Shown here: one piece after another, positions 53,270 through 61,884 of the stretch
How the letters are laid out: each line of letters opens with the position of its first letter
How positions within the stretch are numbered: position 1 is the first letter of the stretch
Origin: Lachnospiraceae bacterium
Lineage (GTDB): Bacteria; Bacillota; Clostridia; Oscillospirales; CAG-272
NCBI GenBank assembly: GCA_024404495.1
Contig: JAKSPT010000012.1
Coordinates: 2,499 to 66,498 of the forward strand
DNA: 64,000 nucleotides
Direction: 5' to 3'
Translations under genes and position numbers: made by a program
The notes under the pieces: model-generated
Told to the model about the DNA's origin: nothing
The model's database searches: none
What the model saw: only the letters and a program-made list of their open reading frames with translations

Positions 53270-55514
53270 GTGACGATTTACGGAACATCATTTTACAAGA
53301 TTTGCCGAAAACGCGCTGAACCGCGCCCTTTCCTTCGCAAAGGAGTTCGGGCACACCTACGTCGGGACCGAGCATCTCGTCCTCGGACTCGCCGCCGAGG
53401 AGGAATCGACCGCCTCGGTCGTGCTCCGGAAGGAAGGGATCGACCTTTCCCTTCTGCGCGCGATCCTGACCCGGTACGCCGGACGGGGCGGAAGAAGCCC
53501 GGTCAGCGCCGGGGATATGACCGCAGCCTGCCGCCGCGTCATCGAGCTTTCCGCCGCCGAAGCCCTCCGGCGCGGGGAGGAGGAAATCGGGACCGAGCAC
53601 CTCCTTTCCGCGATCCTTTCGGAAGGCGAGTGCACCGGGGCAAGGATGATCGCGGAGGCGGGCGGCTCGGCGAGAGAACTGAAAAACGCGCTCTTTCCCT
53701 TCCTTTCCCCCGTCCGGGACGCGCCGTGCGCCCCAAGCCGCGCGGCGGGAAAGGAACCGGAAAAGAAGACCGATTCCCTCTCCCTCTACACCCGCGACCT
53801 CACCGCCCTCGCCGCCGCGGGCAGGCTCGACCCGGTGATCGGGCGGGAAAAGGAGACGGCGCGCGTCATCCGCGTCCTGCTCCGTCGGACGAAGAACAAT
53901 CCGTGCCTCGTCGGGGAACCGGGCGTCGGCAAGACCGCCGTCGTCGAGGGGCTCGCCGAGCGGATCGCGTCGGGGGACGTTCCCGAGGCGCTGCGCGGAA
54001 AGACCGTGCTTTCGGTCGATCTGCCTTCGATGATCGCGGGGGCGAAATACCGGGGCGAATTCGAGGACAGAATGAAAAAGCTGCTCTCCGAGGCGGCGTC
54101 CTCCCCCGACGTCATCCTCTTTATCGACGAGCTGCACACGGTCGTCGGCGCGGGAGCGGCGGAGGGCGCGGTGGACGCCTCCAATATCCTGAAGCCCGGG
54201 CTCGCGCGGGGCGAGTTCCGCCTGATCGGCGCAACGACGGACGACGAGTTCCGGAAGCGGATCGGGAAAGACCCGGCGTTCGAGCGGCGCTTTCAGACGG
54301 TTTTCGTCGAGGAACCGACCGCCGAAGAGGCAGAAGCGATCCTGCGGGGACTGCGCGAAAAGCTCGAAGCGCACCACGGGCTCACGATCACCGACGGGGC
54401 GCTCCGAGCGGCAGCAGAACTCTCGGAGCGTTACGTACAGGGGAAATTCCTCCCCGACAAGGCGCTCGATCTCCTTGACGAGTGCGCGGCGGGCAAGGCG
54501 CTGGAACGGAGAAACGGGGAGACGGCGGCAGTCACGGAGGAGGATATCGCCCTCACGCTGACCGAGGAGACCGGGATCGCGGTCGGGCTCGGCGGGGCGG
54601 AGACCGAAGAAAGCCTCGCCCGCCGCCTCGGGGAACGGGTCTTCGGGCAGGAGGACGCGATCCGGGCGCTTTCCCGCGCGATCGTAAGGAACCGCGCCGG
54701 GCTCCGGACCGATTCCCGTCCGGTCGGATCGTTCGTTTTCGTCGGTCCGTCGGGCGTCGGCAAGACCGAGCTTTCCCTTTCGCTTGCCGAGGTGCTTTTC
54801 GGCACGAAGGAGGCACTGCTCCGCTTCGATATGTCGGGCTTTTCCGAAAAGGCGAGCGTTTCCCGCCTCATCGGTTCCCCGCCCGGCTACGTCGGGCACG
54901 AGGAGGGCGGTCAGCTCACAGACGCCGTAAGAAGAAGACCCTACGCCGTCGTCCTCTTCGACGAGATCGGCAAGGCGCATCCCGACGTCGCGGGACTGCT
55001 TCTCCAGATCCTCGACACCGGATTCCTCACCGACGCGATGGGGAGAAGGGTCAGCTTCCGCTCGGCGGTGCTGATCATGACCTGCAATCCGCCCTCCGGC
55101 GCGCAGGTCGGCTTCGGAGGCGGGGAAAAGAACGCTCCCGCCCGCCTCCTTTCGGGCATCTTTTCCCCGGAGCTCGCCGACCGCATCGACGAGGTGATCC
55201 CCTTCCCGCCGCTTTCCCGCGAGAGCCTGAAAAAGATCGCCGACCGGATGACGGGGGCGGTTTCGGAAGCGGCGGAAAAGCTCGGTTACCCGCTCACGTT
55301 CGACCCCGCGCTGAAGGACGCGATCCTTGACGCCTGCGAAAAGGAAAAGGCGGGGGCGCGGACGCTGAGGCGGCTCGTGCGGCGGATGGCGGAGGACCCG
55401 GTCTCGGGCTTCCTCGCAGAAGCGCGCCCCGCGCCCGGAACGCCGATCACGGTCGGGCTCGGAAACGGCATCCCCACGGTATCTGCGGCAAAGCAGAACG
55501 CCCTTTTTCCGTAA
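53270..55514 (+). CDS. ClpA/ClpC-family double-AAA+ ATPase lacking a middle (coiled-coil) domain; 5' end interrupted by an apparent 1-nt frameshift
   Basis: Main frame (track ORF 53421..55514) has Clp_N repeats, D1 [15 protein letters not shown] / [14 protein letters not shown], and D2 GPSGVGKTELSLSLA / VVLFDEIGKAHPDV. This frame stays open and Clp_N-like (FTRFAENALNRALSFAKEFGHTYVGTEHLVLGL) back to the stop at 53271, with no ATG/GTG/TTG. The GTG at 53270 is in the adjacent frame. Confidence 0.75.
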
Positions 55515-55611
55515 GCACCTTTTCCCCCTTCCCTCATAAAATGGAAAAGGGGGACGCGGCAGTGCCGTGCCTCCCGGAAACAGAAATCCAAACGGGAAAG
55601 GAAAAACCGAA

Positions 55612-56466
55612 ATGGCTGTCTTTTACAACCAGGCAACGCTGACCTATAACAATATGGTCACGAATTCCAACATCGTCACGGGAGAGCTGCTTGAAACGCT
55701 CTCCGCGACGAAAACCGCGATCCCGGCGACCTACCGTCCCGGGGATGACGTCACCTACGTCGTCAATCTCATCAACTCCGGCACCGCGCCCGTCAACGAT
55801 ATCACGATGACGGACGACCTCGGCGCTTACGCGGTCGGCGCGAGAACGGCGTACCCGCTGACCTACGAGCCGGGCACGGCGACCTATTTCGTCAACGGGA
55901 CGCAGCAGAACGCCGCCGCGCCCGCTTCGGTCACGCCGCTGACGCTCTCGGGCATCACCGTCCCGGCGGGCGGCACCGCGACGATCGTCTACCGCGCGCA
56001 GGTAAGTCCCTTCGCCGACCCCGCCGCGAACGGAACGGTCGTCAACACCGCGACCTTCACCGGAGCGGGGCTGACTCAGCCCGTTCTCGCGGCGGCGACG
56101 ATCACGGCGTCGGAGGAACCGCTGCTTTCGATCATCAAGTCGGTCACCCCGACCGCAGTGGCGGAAAACGGCACGCTGACCTACACCTTCCAGATCCGCA
56201 ACGAGGGCAGCACGCCCGCAGAAGCCGGAGACAACGCGGCGATCACCGACACCTTCACGCCCATCCTCTCGAACATTGCCGTCACCTATAACGGCACCCC
56301 GTGGACCGCGCCGACCAACTACACCTACGATCAGGCGACCGGCGCCTTCGCCACGGTGCCCGGTCAGATCACCGTCCCCGCGGCGACCTACACCCAGGAC
56401 CCAGACACGGGCGCCTATACCGCCGTGCCCGGCACCGCGACGATCACCGTCACCGGTACGGTCTGA
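55612..56466 (+). CDS. DUF11 (conserved repeat domain) protein, two repeats, no signal peptide
   Basis: Start MAVFYNQATLTYNN (internal Met of track ORF 55567..56466). Repeats LSATKTAIPATYRPGDDVTYVVNLINSGTAPVNDITMTDDLG and LSIIKSVTPTAVAENGTLTYTFQIRNEGSTPAEAGDNAAITDTFTP. Thr/Ala/Gly/Pro-rich. Confidence 0.7.
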   Translation: MAVFYNQATLTYNNMVTNSNIVTGELLETLSATKTAIPATYRPGDDVTYVVNLINSGTAPVNDITMTDDLGAYAVGARTAYPLTYEPGTATYFVNGTQQNAAAPASVTPLTLSGITVPAGGTATIVYRAQVSPFADPAANGTVVNTATFTGAGLTQPVLAAATITASEEPLLSIIKSVTPTAVAENGTLTYTFQIRNEGSTPAEAGDNAAITDTFTPILSNIAVTYNGTPWTAPTNYTYDQATGAFATVPGQITVPAATYTQDPDTGAYTAVPGTATITVTGTV

Positions 56467-56475
56467 AACAATGAA

Positions 56476-56512
56476 AAAAGGACTTCCGGAACTTTTCCGG
56501 CAGTCCTTTTTG
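56476..56512 (+). terminator. Rho-independent terminator
   Basis: aaaaggact ... agtcctttt hairpin followed by T residues. Confidence 0.65.
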
Positions 56513-56584
56513 TCGTTCATTCTTGACAGATACCGGATTCCGGTATAAAATGGAAGCAGAAAAACGGGAAAGGAATCCGGGATT

Positions 56585-59251
56585 ATGAAAAAGAAAAGCA
56601 AAAGGTTTCTTCTTCTGACGGCGCTGATCCTCACGCTCGCGGCTGCGGTCGGGGCGGGATCTGCCGTCTTTGCCGAAGGCGAACGAAACGGCATCCGGTT
56701 CGGCGCGGAGGACTTATATCAGACGACAGAGGCGATCGCCGCCTTCCCGCACACGTGGGAAGCGTGGATCAAGGTCGACAAAGACGCCCCGGACGGCAGG
56801 CTCGGCATCGTGATCGGCGGCTACGGGGGTGCGACCGCAACGGCGGGCGTTGAGATCAACACGAACGGCCGTCCCGACCTCTGGTGGTCCGACGGAAAGG
56901 CAAGTCAGCACGTCACGATGTCCGGCTACGATATCCGCAGCGGCGAATGGACCTTTCTTGCGGTCACCAACACCGAAAAAGAGGTCTGCTTCTATATCAA
57001 CGGCGAACCGAAAAAGACCGTTCCGGTCTCCCTCCCCGCCCTCTCCGACAACGCGGCGGGCAGGATCGCGCTCGGCGGCGACTTCCGTGACGGGAACGGG
57101 CAGAGCTTCAAAAGCGCTTCCCTCTCCTCCGCGGCGATCTACCGTGACGTCCGCACGGCAGAGCAGATCAGAAGCGACTACGCCGCCTTTGATCCGGACG
57201 CCGCTTCCCTGCTCGGAATGTGGGATCTTTCGGTTTCCGGCTCCGCGCGGCTGAACGATCTTTCGGATGCCGGAAGGAATCTGGTCTACAAAAACACGAA
57301 GGATCCCTCGAAGAACGAGCCGAAGGAAGAACCCTCCGTCACTCCCGAAGACGGTATGGCGTTCACCGCGGAACCCCTTTACAAATCCGGCAAGCCGCTT
57401 TCTGCCACGCCGAACACCTTTGAGGCGACGCTGTGGCTCCCGAAGGAGTTTGATTCCTCGGTGCGCGCCGGCATCATCGCGGGCAACTACGGCGAGTACA
57501 ACCCCTGCTTCAGCTTTGAGATCGCGGCGGGCGGCGCCCCGAGGCTCTACTGGGTCAATAAGAAAAACGAGGTTCTTGACTGGTATTTCCGCAAGGTAAA
57601 CGTCCGGACCGGAAAATGGGTGACGCTTGCCGTCGTCCGCGACACCGAGCAGAACAAGCTCTTCTGCTACGTGGACGGCGTCCTGAAAGAGACGCAGAAC
57701 CTCCCCGCCAGCGAGGACGTCGTGATCGGCACGCCCTTTGCGGTCGGCGGCGACCTCCGCTCGGGGAACGCGATGTATTTCAAGGGGAAACTGAAAAACG
57801 TCGCGCTCTATGCCGACGCGAGAAGCGCAGAAGAGATCGCCGGGGACTTCACCGAACCCGGAAAGGACAAAAGCGGTCTTCTCGCCTTCTACGCGCTTGA
57901 CGGGGGCGACGGTCCCGACCGTCTGACCGACGGCAGCGGGAACGGTTACGATATGAAGCCGAACCGGCTGTGGATCGATTCCCTTCCCGCCGGGGAAGAC
58001 TACGCCTACTCCTTCGCGGTCGTCGGTGACACGCAGATCATGAACTGCAGTTATCCCGATGGCTACGTCGGCATCTACGACTGGATCCTCGATAACGCGG
58101 AGAAAAAGAAGATCGCGTGCGTCATCGGGCTCGGCGATATCACCGACCGCGATTCCGCCGCCGAATGGGAGCGCGCACAGGAACAGATCGAACGGATGAG
58201 CGGCGTCGTTCCCTTCACGATGGTACGGGGAAATCACGATTCCGTCTCACAGTTCAACAAGTATATGAAAGTCCCCGCAAATCTCGATCAGCTCGGCGGG
58301 ACCTACGGCGGCGGCGCCGACAACGCGTGGCGCACGCTCTCGGTCGGCGGGACCGACTATCTCATCCTCGTTCTCGAATACGGCGCGCGCGACGCGGTAC
58401 TGAACTGGGCAGACAAGGTTCTTTACGACCATCCCGATCACAAGGTCATCGTCACGACGCACTGCTATCTCTTCCGCGACGGAACGACCCTCGACGACGG
58501 CGACGTCGTTCCCCCCTCGCAGTCGGGCGGACAGAACGACGGCGACGATCTGTGGGAGAAATTCGTTTCCAAACATGAAAATATCGTGATGGTGCTTTCC
58601 GGTCACGACCCGTGCGGTCCGATCGTAATGACCCCGGCAATCGGCGATAACGGCAACACGGTCTGCCAGTTCCTCATTGACCCGCAGGGCGTTGACGTCG
58701 GCATTGACAAGGGCACCGGGCTCGTCGCGCTCTTCTGCTTCTCAAAGGACGGAAACCGCTGCCGCGTCGAATACTATTCCACCGTCAGAAAACAGTTCTA
58801 TCTGAGCGAAAATCAGTTCATCTTCGACCTCCGCACCGGAGAACGGGTGGACAAGCTCAACGAAACGATCAATACCGAGCCCGTTACCGAGCCCGAAACC
58901 GAACCGGTTACGGAACCCGAAACCGAGCCTATTACCGAACCCGTTACAGAGCCTGTCACTGAGGCTGTTACCGAGCCCGTTTCCGAGCCTGTCACCGAAG
59001 CCGTTACCGAAACCGTCACTGATCCGGTTACCGATGCCGGAACCGAAGCGCTCACCGATCCCGATACGTCGCCCGTTCCGGAAACCGACTCCGCGGAGAC
59101 CGACGCCTCGGAAACCGACGCGTCGGGAACCGACGAGGCACCCGGAACCGAAAAGAAATCCGGCGCGCTTTGGATCGCCGTCGGTGCCGCCGCCCTTGCC
59201 GTCATCGCGGTCGGAGCCGTGCTGCTTCTGAAGAAAAAGAAAAAAGCGTAA
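56585..59251 (+). CDS. Secreted, C-terminally anchored LamG-LamG-metallophosphoesterase protein (888 aa)
   Basis: Signal peptide MKKKSKRFLLLTALILTLAAAVGAGSAVFA. Two concanavalin/LamG-like modules (WEAWIKV..., FEATLWLP...). Calcineurin-like motifs VVGDTQ, GLGDITD, RGNHD, SGHD. (PVTE)n stalk, TM LWIAVGAAALAVIAVGAVLLL, KKKKKA tail. Confidence 0.8.
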   Translation: MKKKSKRFLLLTALILTLAAAVGAGSAVFAEGERNGIRFGAEDLYQTTEAIAAFPHTWEAWIKVDKDAPDGRLGIVIGGYGGATATAGVEINTNGRPDLWWSDGKASQHVTMSGYDIRSGEWTFLAVTNTEKEVCFYINGEPKKTVPVSLPALSDNAAGRIALGGDFRDGNGQSFKSASLSSAAIYRDVRTAEQIRSDYAAFDPDAASLLGMWDLSVSGSARLNDLSDAGRNLVYKNTKDPSKNEPKEEPSVTPEDGMAFTAEPLYKSGKPLSATPNTFEATLWLPKEFDSSVRAGIIAGNYGEYNPCFSFEIAAGGAPRLYWVNKKNEVLDWYFRKVNVRTGKWVTLAVVRDTEQNKLFCYVDGVLKETQNLPASEDVVIGTPFAVGGDLRSGNAMYFKGKLKNVALYADARSAEEIAGDFTEPGKDKSGLLAFYALDGGDGPDRLTDGSGNGYDMKPNRLWIDSLPAGEDYAYSFAVVGDTQIMNCSYPDGYVGIYDWILDNAEKKKIACVIGLGDITDRDSAAEWERAQEQIERMSGVVPFTMVRGNHDSVSQFNKYMKVPANLDQLGGTYGGGADNAWRTLSVGGTDYLILVLEYGARDAVLNWADKVLYDHPDHKVIVTTHCYLFRDGTTLDDGDVVPPSQSGGQNDGDDLWEKFVSKHENIVMVLSGHDPCGPIVMTPAIGDNGNTVCQFLIDPQGVDVGIDKGTGLVALFCFSKDGNRCRVEYYSTVRKQFYLSENQFIFDLRTGERVDKLNETINTEPVTEPETEPVTEPETEPITEPVTEPVTEAVTEPVSEPVTEAVTETVTDPVTDAGTEALTDPDTSPVPETDSAETDASETDASGTDEAPGTEKKSGALWIAVGAAALAVIAVGAVLLLKKKKKA
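58876..59037 (+). repeat. In-frame 12-nt periodic repeats encoding the (P/A)VTE stalk
   Basis: gagcccgttacc / gagcccgaaacc / gaaccggttacg and similar units. Encodes EPVTEPETEPVTEPETEPITEPVTEPVTEAVTEPVSEPVTEAVTETVTDPVTD. Confidence 0.8.
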
Positions 59252-59260
59252 AACAGGCAT

Positions 59261-59296
59261 AAAAAAGACCGTTTCACACGAGACGGTCTTTTTTGT
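59261..59296. terminator. Bidirectional rho-independent terminator
   Basis: aaaagaccgt ... acggtctttt hairpin with flanking A and T runs. Confidence 0.7.
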
Positions 59297-59448
59297 ATTG
59301 TTTCTTATTTTCTGGTTCTTCATAAATATTGGTGTTTTATCCCCGTTCTCGTCCGTTGACCGAGGCTTCCGGAACCTTCTGCGCGGCAGGCTATGCTTCG
59401 GCATCAAGGAGAACAATAAACCTTCACACACCAAAAAATATGAAGAGC

Positions 59449-60354
59449 CTATTTTCTCTCCACCGGTACCCAGATCCCGCTTTCGTAGTCGGGGTCGGTC
59501 TGATTGCCGTCGCAGGAATACCATTCGATATTGTATCCGCCCGCGATCTCGTAATCGGGGTTGGAGGGCAGCCATTCCCGGAACACGCGGGTGTTCAGCG
59601 CCTGAAGCGCCTCCGGGATCGGTCCGATCGCCTTGAATTTTGCCCATTCGCCCTGCGGGAGTTCCACGAGCGCCATTCCCTCCGGCACTTCCCCGCCGCA
59701 GTAGCGTCCCGCGATCAGATAGCGGAATTTCCCGCCGCCGATATCGTCGATGCAGACGCCGTATTCCCCGATGCAGTTATCGATGATCGCCTGCTCCTCG
59801 GGGCAGGACGGGGCAAGCCCCGCGTAAATCGTGTGATTGCAGTATTTTTCGCAGATCTCGTCCCAGAATTTCGGGATCTCACGGTACCCTTCCTCGTAAG
59901 AAAAGGTCCGCTCGAAGCCGATCAGCTTCATGCCCCACATGGGGCTGACCGTATAGTCCATTTTGTCTCCTCCTGTCATTTGTACGGAAACGGTCAGGGG
60001 CAGAAAACGGCGCAGCTTTTCCGGGTGCCTTTTCGCTTCGCTCGGCGTACAGCCGTGGAAGCGTGAGAACGCCTTGGTAAAGCTCTCGGGCGTCTCGTAA
60101 CCGTATTTCAGCGCGATATCAATGATTTTTCCGCTTTCCGAGGCAAGCTCTTTCCCCGCCTCGGTCAGACGCCGGCTGCGGATGTATTCGCCGAGGGGAT
60201 AGCCGGTCATCATCTGAAAACATTTCTGCAGATAGTATTCCGAGATGAAGACCTCCTTCGCCGCGAGAGAGGCGATCGCGGAAGCGCTCAGCTCCCCGGT
60301 CAGGTTCTTTTCAACCAGCGCAAGCGTGCGGTTCAGTACCGAAGTCCACTCCAT
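59449..60354 (-). CDS. AraC-family transcriptional regulator with GyrI-like effector-binding domain
   Basis: 301 aa. N-terminal twin HTH (ISEYYLQKCFQMMTGYPLGEYIRSRRL..., ETPESFTKAFSRFHG). The C-terminal ~170 aa is GyrI/SOUL-like. Confidence 0.75.
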   Translation of the reverse strand: MEWTSVLNRTLALVEKNLTGELSASAIASLAAKEVFISEYYLQKCFQMMTGYPLGEYIRSRRLTEAGKELASESGKIIDIALKYGYETPESFTKAFSRFHGCTPSEAKRHPEKLRRFLPLTVSVQMTGGDKMDYTVSPMWGMKLIGFERTFSYEEGYREIPKFWDEICEKYCNHTIYAGLAPSCPEEQAIIDNCIGEYGVCIDDIGGGKFRYLIAGRYCGGEVPEGMALVELPQGEWAKFKAIGPIPEALQALNTRVFREWLPSNPDYEIAGGYNIEWYSCDGNQTDPDYESGIWVPVERK

Positions 60355-60411
60355 TTTCCCACTCCTTTCCGTGTTATTCCCATAATACCATAAAGCGGGA
60401 GAAAAATCCTG

Positions 60412-61080
60412 TCAGAATCGGTCTTTCCGTGTCAGCGTCCGCAGCTCCTCCGGGCGGGAAACGAGCAGATCGGCGCCGTTTGCGGTCAGCACCTCCGGCT
60501 TGCAGTAGCCCCACGTCACGCCGACGGTAAAGGCACCGCCGCGGCTCCCGGTCTTCATATCAATGTCCGAATCCCCGAGGTAAAGCGTTTCCTCCGGCGT
60601 CGTGCCGAAACGGTCCATGATCTCGTAAAACCCGGTGAGATCGGGCTTGGGCGGATAGGGATCGGCACAGATCACCGCCTCAAAGGTCCCCGCCGGAAAA
60701 AGCTTTTTCAGAATCCCGTCGGTCTGGGAAAGCGGCTTGTTGGTGAACACCGCGAGGCGGAGCCCCGCTTTTTTCCATTCGCCGATCACGTCGGCAAGCC
60801 CCGGATAGACGTAGGTCTTGTCGCAGCTGTTGGCGATATAATAGGGCGAATAGATCGCGAGCGCTTTTTTCACGGTCTCTTCGTCGTTCCGGAACCGTTC
60901 GGGGAGACTGTACCGGATGAAGCCCTCCAGTCCCATACTTGCGCTTGGCAGTATTCCCTCCTCGGTCTGCGGCGGCAGTCCGAGCACGCCGAGCATATAA
61001 TTGACCCCGCCCAAAAGATCGGGCAGCGTACAGCAGAGGGTCCCGTCAAGGTCGAAAATGACCGTTTTGAATCGTTCCAT
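60412..61080 (-). CDS. HAD-superfamily hydrolase (phosphoglycolate phosphatase-like)
   Basis: 222 aa. VIFDLDGTL motif I, GDSDIDM motif IV. TTGTCA-17-TATAAT promoter at 61133..61105 on the minus strand. Confidence 0.75.
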   Translation of the reverse strand: MERFKTVIFDLDGTLCCTLPDLLGGVNYMLGVLGLPPQTEEGILPSASMGLEGFIRYSLPERFRNDEETVKKALAIYSPYYIANSCDKTYVYPGLADVIGEWKKAGLRLAVFTNKPLSQTDGILKKLFPAGTFEAVICADPYPPKPDLTGFYEIMDRFGTTPEETLYLGDSDIDMKTGSRGGAFTVGVTWGYCKPEVLTANGADLLVSRPEELRTLTRKDRF

Positions 61081-61228
61081 GTTCTTTCTTCCTCCGATAC
61101 CGATATTATACCCCCGACGGACGGTTTTGACAAGGGGATCACGGCAGAAAACGCCGTAAAAAAGCGCATACCGCCGTGTTTTCCCTCATAGAATGGGGCA
61201 AAACCATTCTACCGAAGGAGCGTTTGCC

Positions 61229-61729
61229 ATGTTTGTTTATTCCGTCAAGGCTTCCACCGTCCGGTTTTTCGGGATCCTTATGCTTTCGGTCATCACGCTC
61301 GTCACCCTCGTCGCGCTCGTTCCCGCCGCCGAACCGACGATGGGAAGCGTCCGCTATTCCCCGGTCGCGGGGATCAACTTCGCGAAGATCCGCACGAACG
61401 ACGACCGCATCGCCTTTCTTGCCCAGTTCGGCTGGGAGGTGGAAACGCTCCCGAAGGAGGAGGTCAGCGTCACGATCCCCTCGGAATTCGACCGGGTCTT
61501 CGTCGGGTACAATCAGCTTCAGAAGCAGCAGGGGCTTGACCTCGGCAAATACCGCCGCAAGACCGTGATGCGCTACACCTACGTCGTGAAGAACTTCCCC
61601 GACGCCGAGGGCACCGTCCTTGCCAATCTCCTCGTTTACCGCGGCAGGGTCATCGGCGGCGATCTCTGCTCCGAGGACCCGCAGGGCTTCGTGCGCGGAT
61701 TTGACGGGAAGATCAGAACGACGGTCTGA
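61229..61729 (+). CDS. DUF4830-like membrane-anchored protein
   Basis: Start MFVYSVKAS after a GAAGGAG RBS. N-terminal TM, then FLAQFGWEVE...IPSEFDRVFVGYNQLQKQQGLDL, the pattern of DUF4830. Confidence 0.55.
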   Translation: MFVYSVKASTVRFFGILMLSVITLVTLVALVPAAEPTMGSVRYSPVAGINFAKIRTNDDRIAFLAQFGWEVETLPKEEVSVTIPSEFDRVFVGYNQLQKQQGLDLGKYRRKTVMRYTYVVKNFPDAEGTVLANLLVYRGRVIGGDLCSEDPQGFVRGFDGKIRTTV

Positions 61730-61789
61730 TCCGGACGCCTCTTTTTTGCAAAATCAGACGGAAATCGGCGTCTGCAAGGCTCCCGCGAC

Positions 61790-61819
61790 TTGACAGAAAC
61801 GGGGGGCGGGGTGTATAAT
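61790..61819 (+). promoter_or_regulatory. Sigma-A-type promoter of the THUMP methyltransferase gene
   Basis: TTGACA (61790..61795), 18 nt, TATAAT (61814..61819). Confidence 0.5.
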
Positions 61820-61884
61820 AACAAGGAAGCGCCGGATCGTGATCGCGGCGTTTCCTTAAAAAAACGTCAAGAGGATTTTCTGTT

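Noticed and set aside
53270-54478. 402-aa + ORF starting at GTG 53270
   Set aside because: Only its first ~7-8 codons are likely genuine, as the true N-terminus of the Clp ATPase before the 1-nt shift. The remainder is an Arg/Gly/Pro-rich out-of-frame read of the AAA+ gene.
58876-59037. 12-nt and 30-nt periodic DNA repeats (also 9048..9160) as non-coding VNTR or CRISPR-like arrays
   Set aside because: They are in frame within long ORFs and encode Pro/Thr/Glu/Asp linker peptides between a catalytic domain and a TM anchor.
61820-61860. Hairpin aaggaagcgcc ... ggcgtttcctt followed by an A run, considered as a terminator
   Set aside because: On the + strand it is followed by A residues, not U residues. 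On the minus strand no U tract follows it. It lies in the 5' leader of the methyltransferase gene and is probably just a leader structure.
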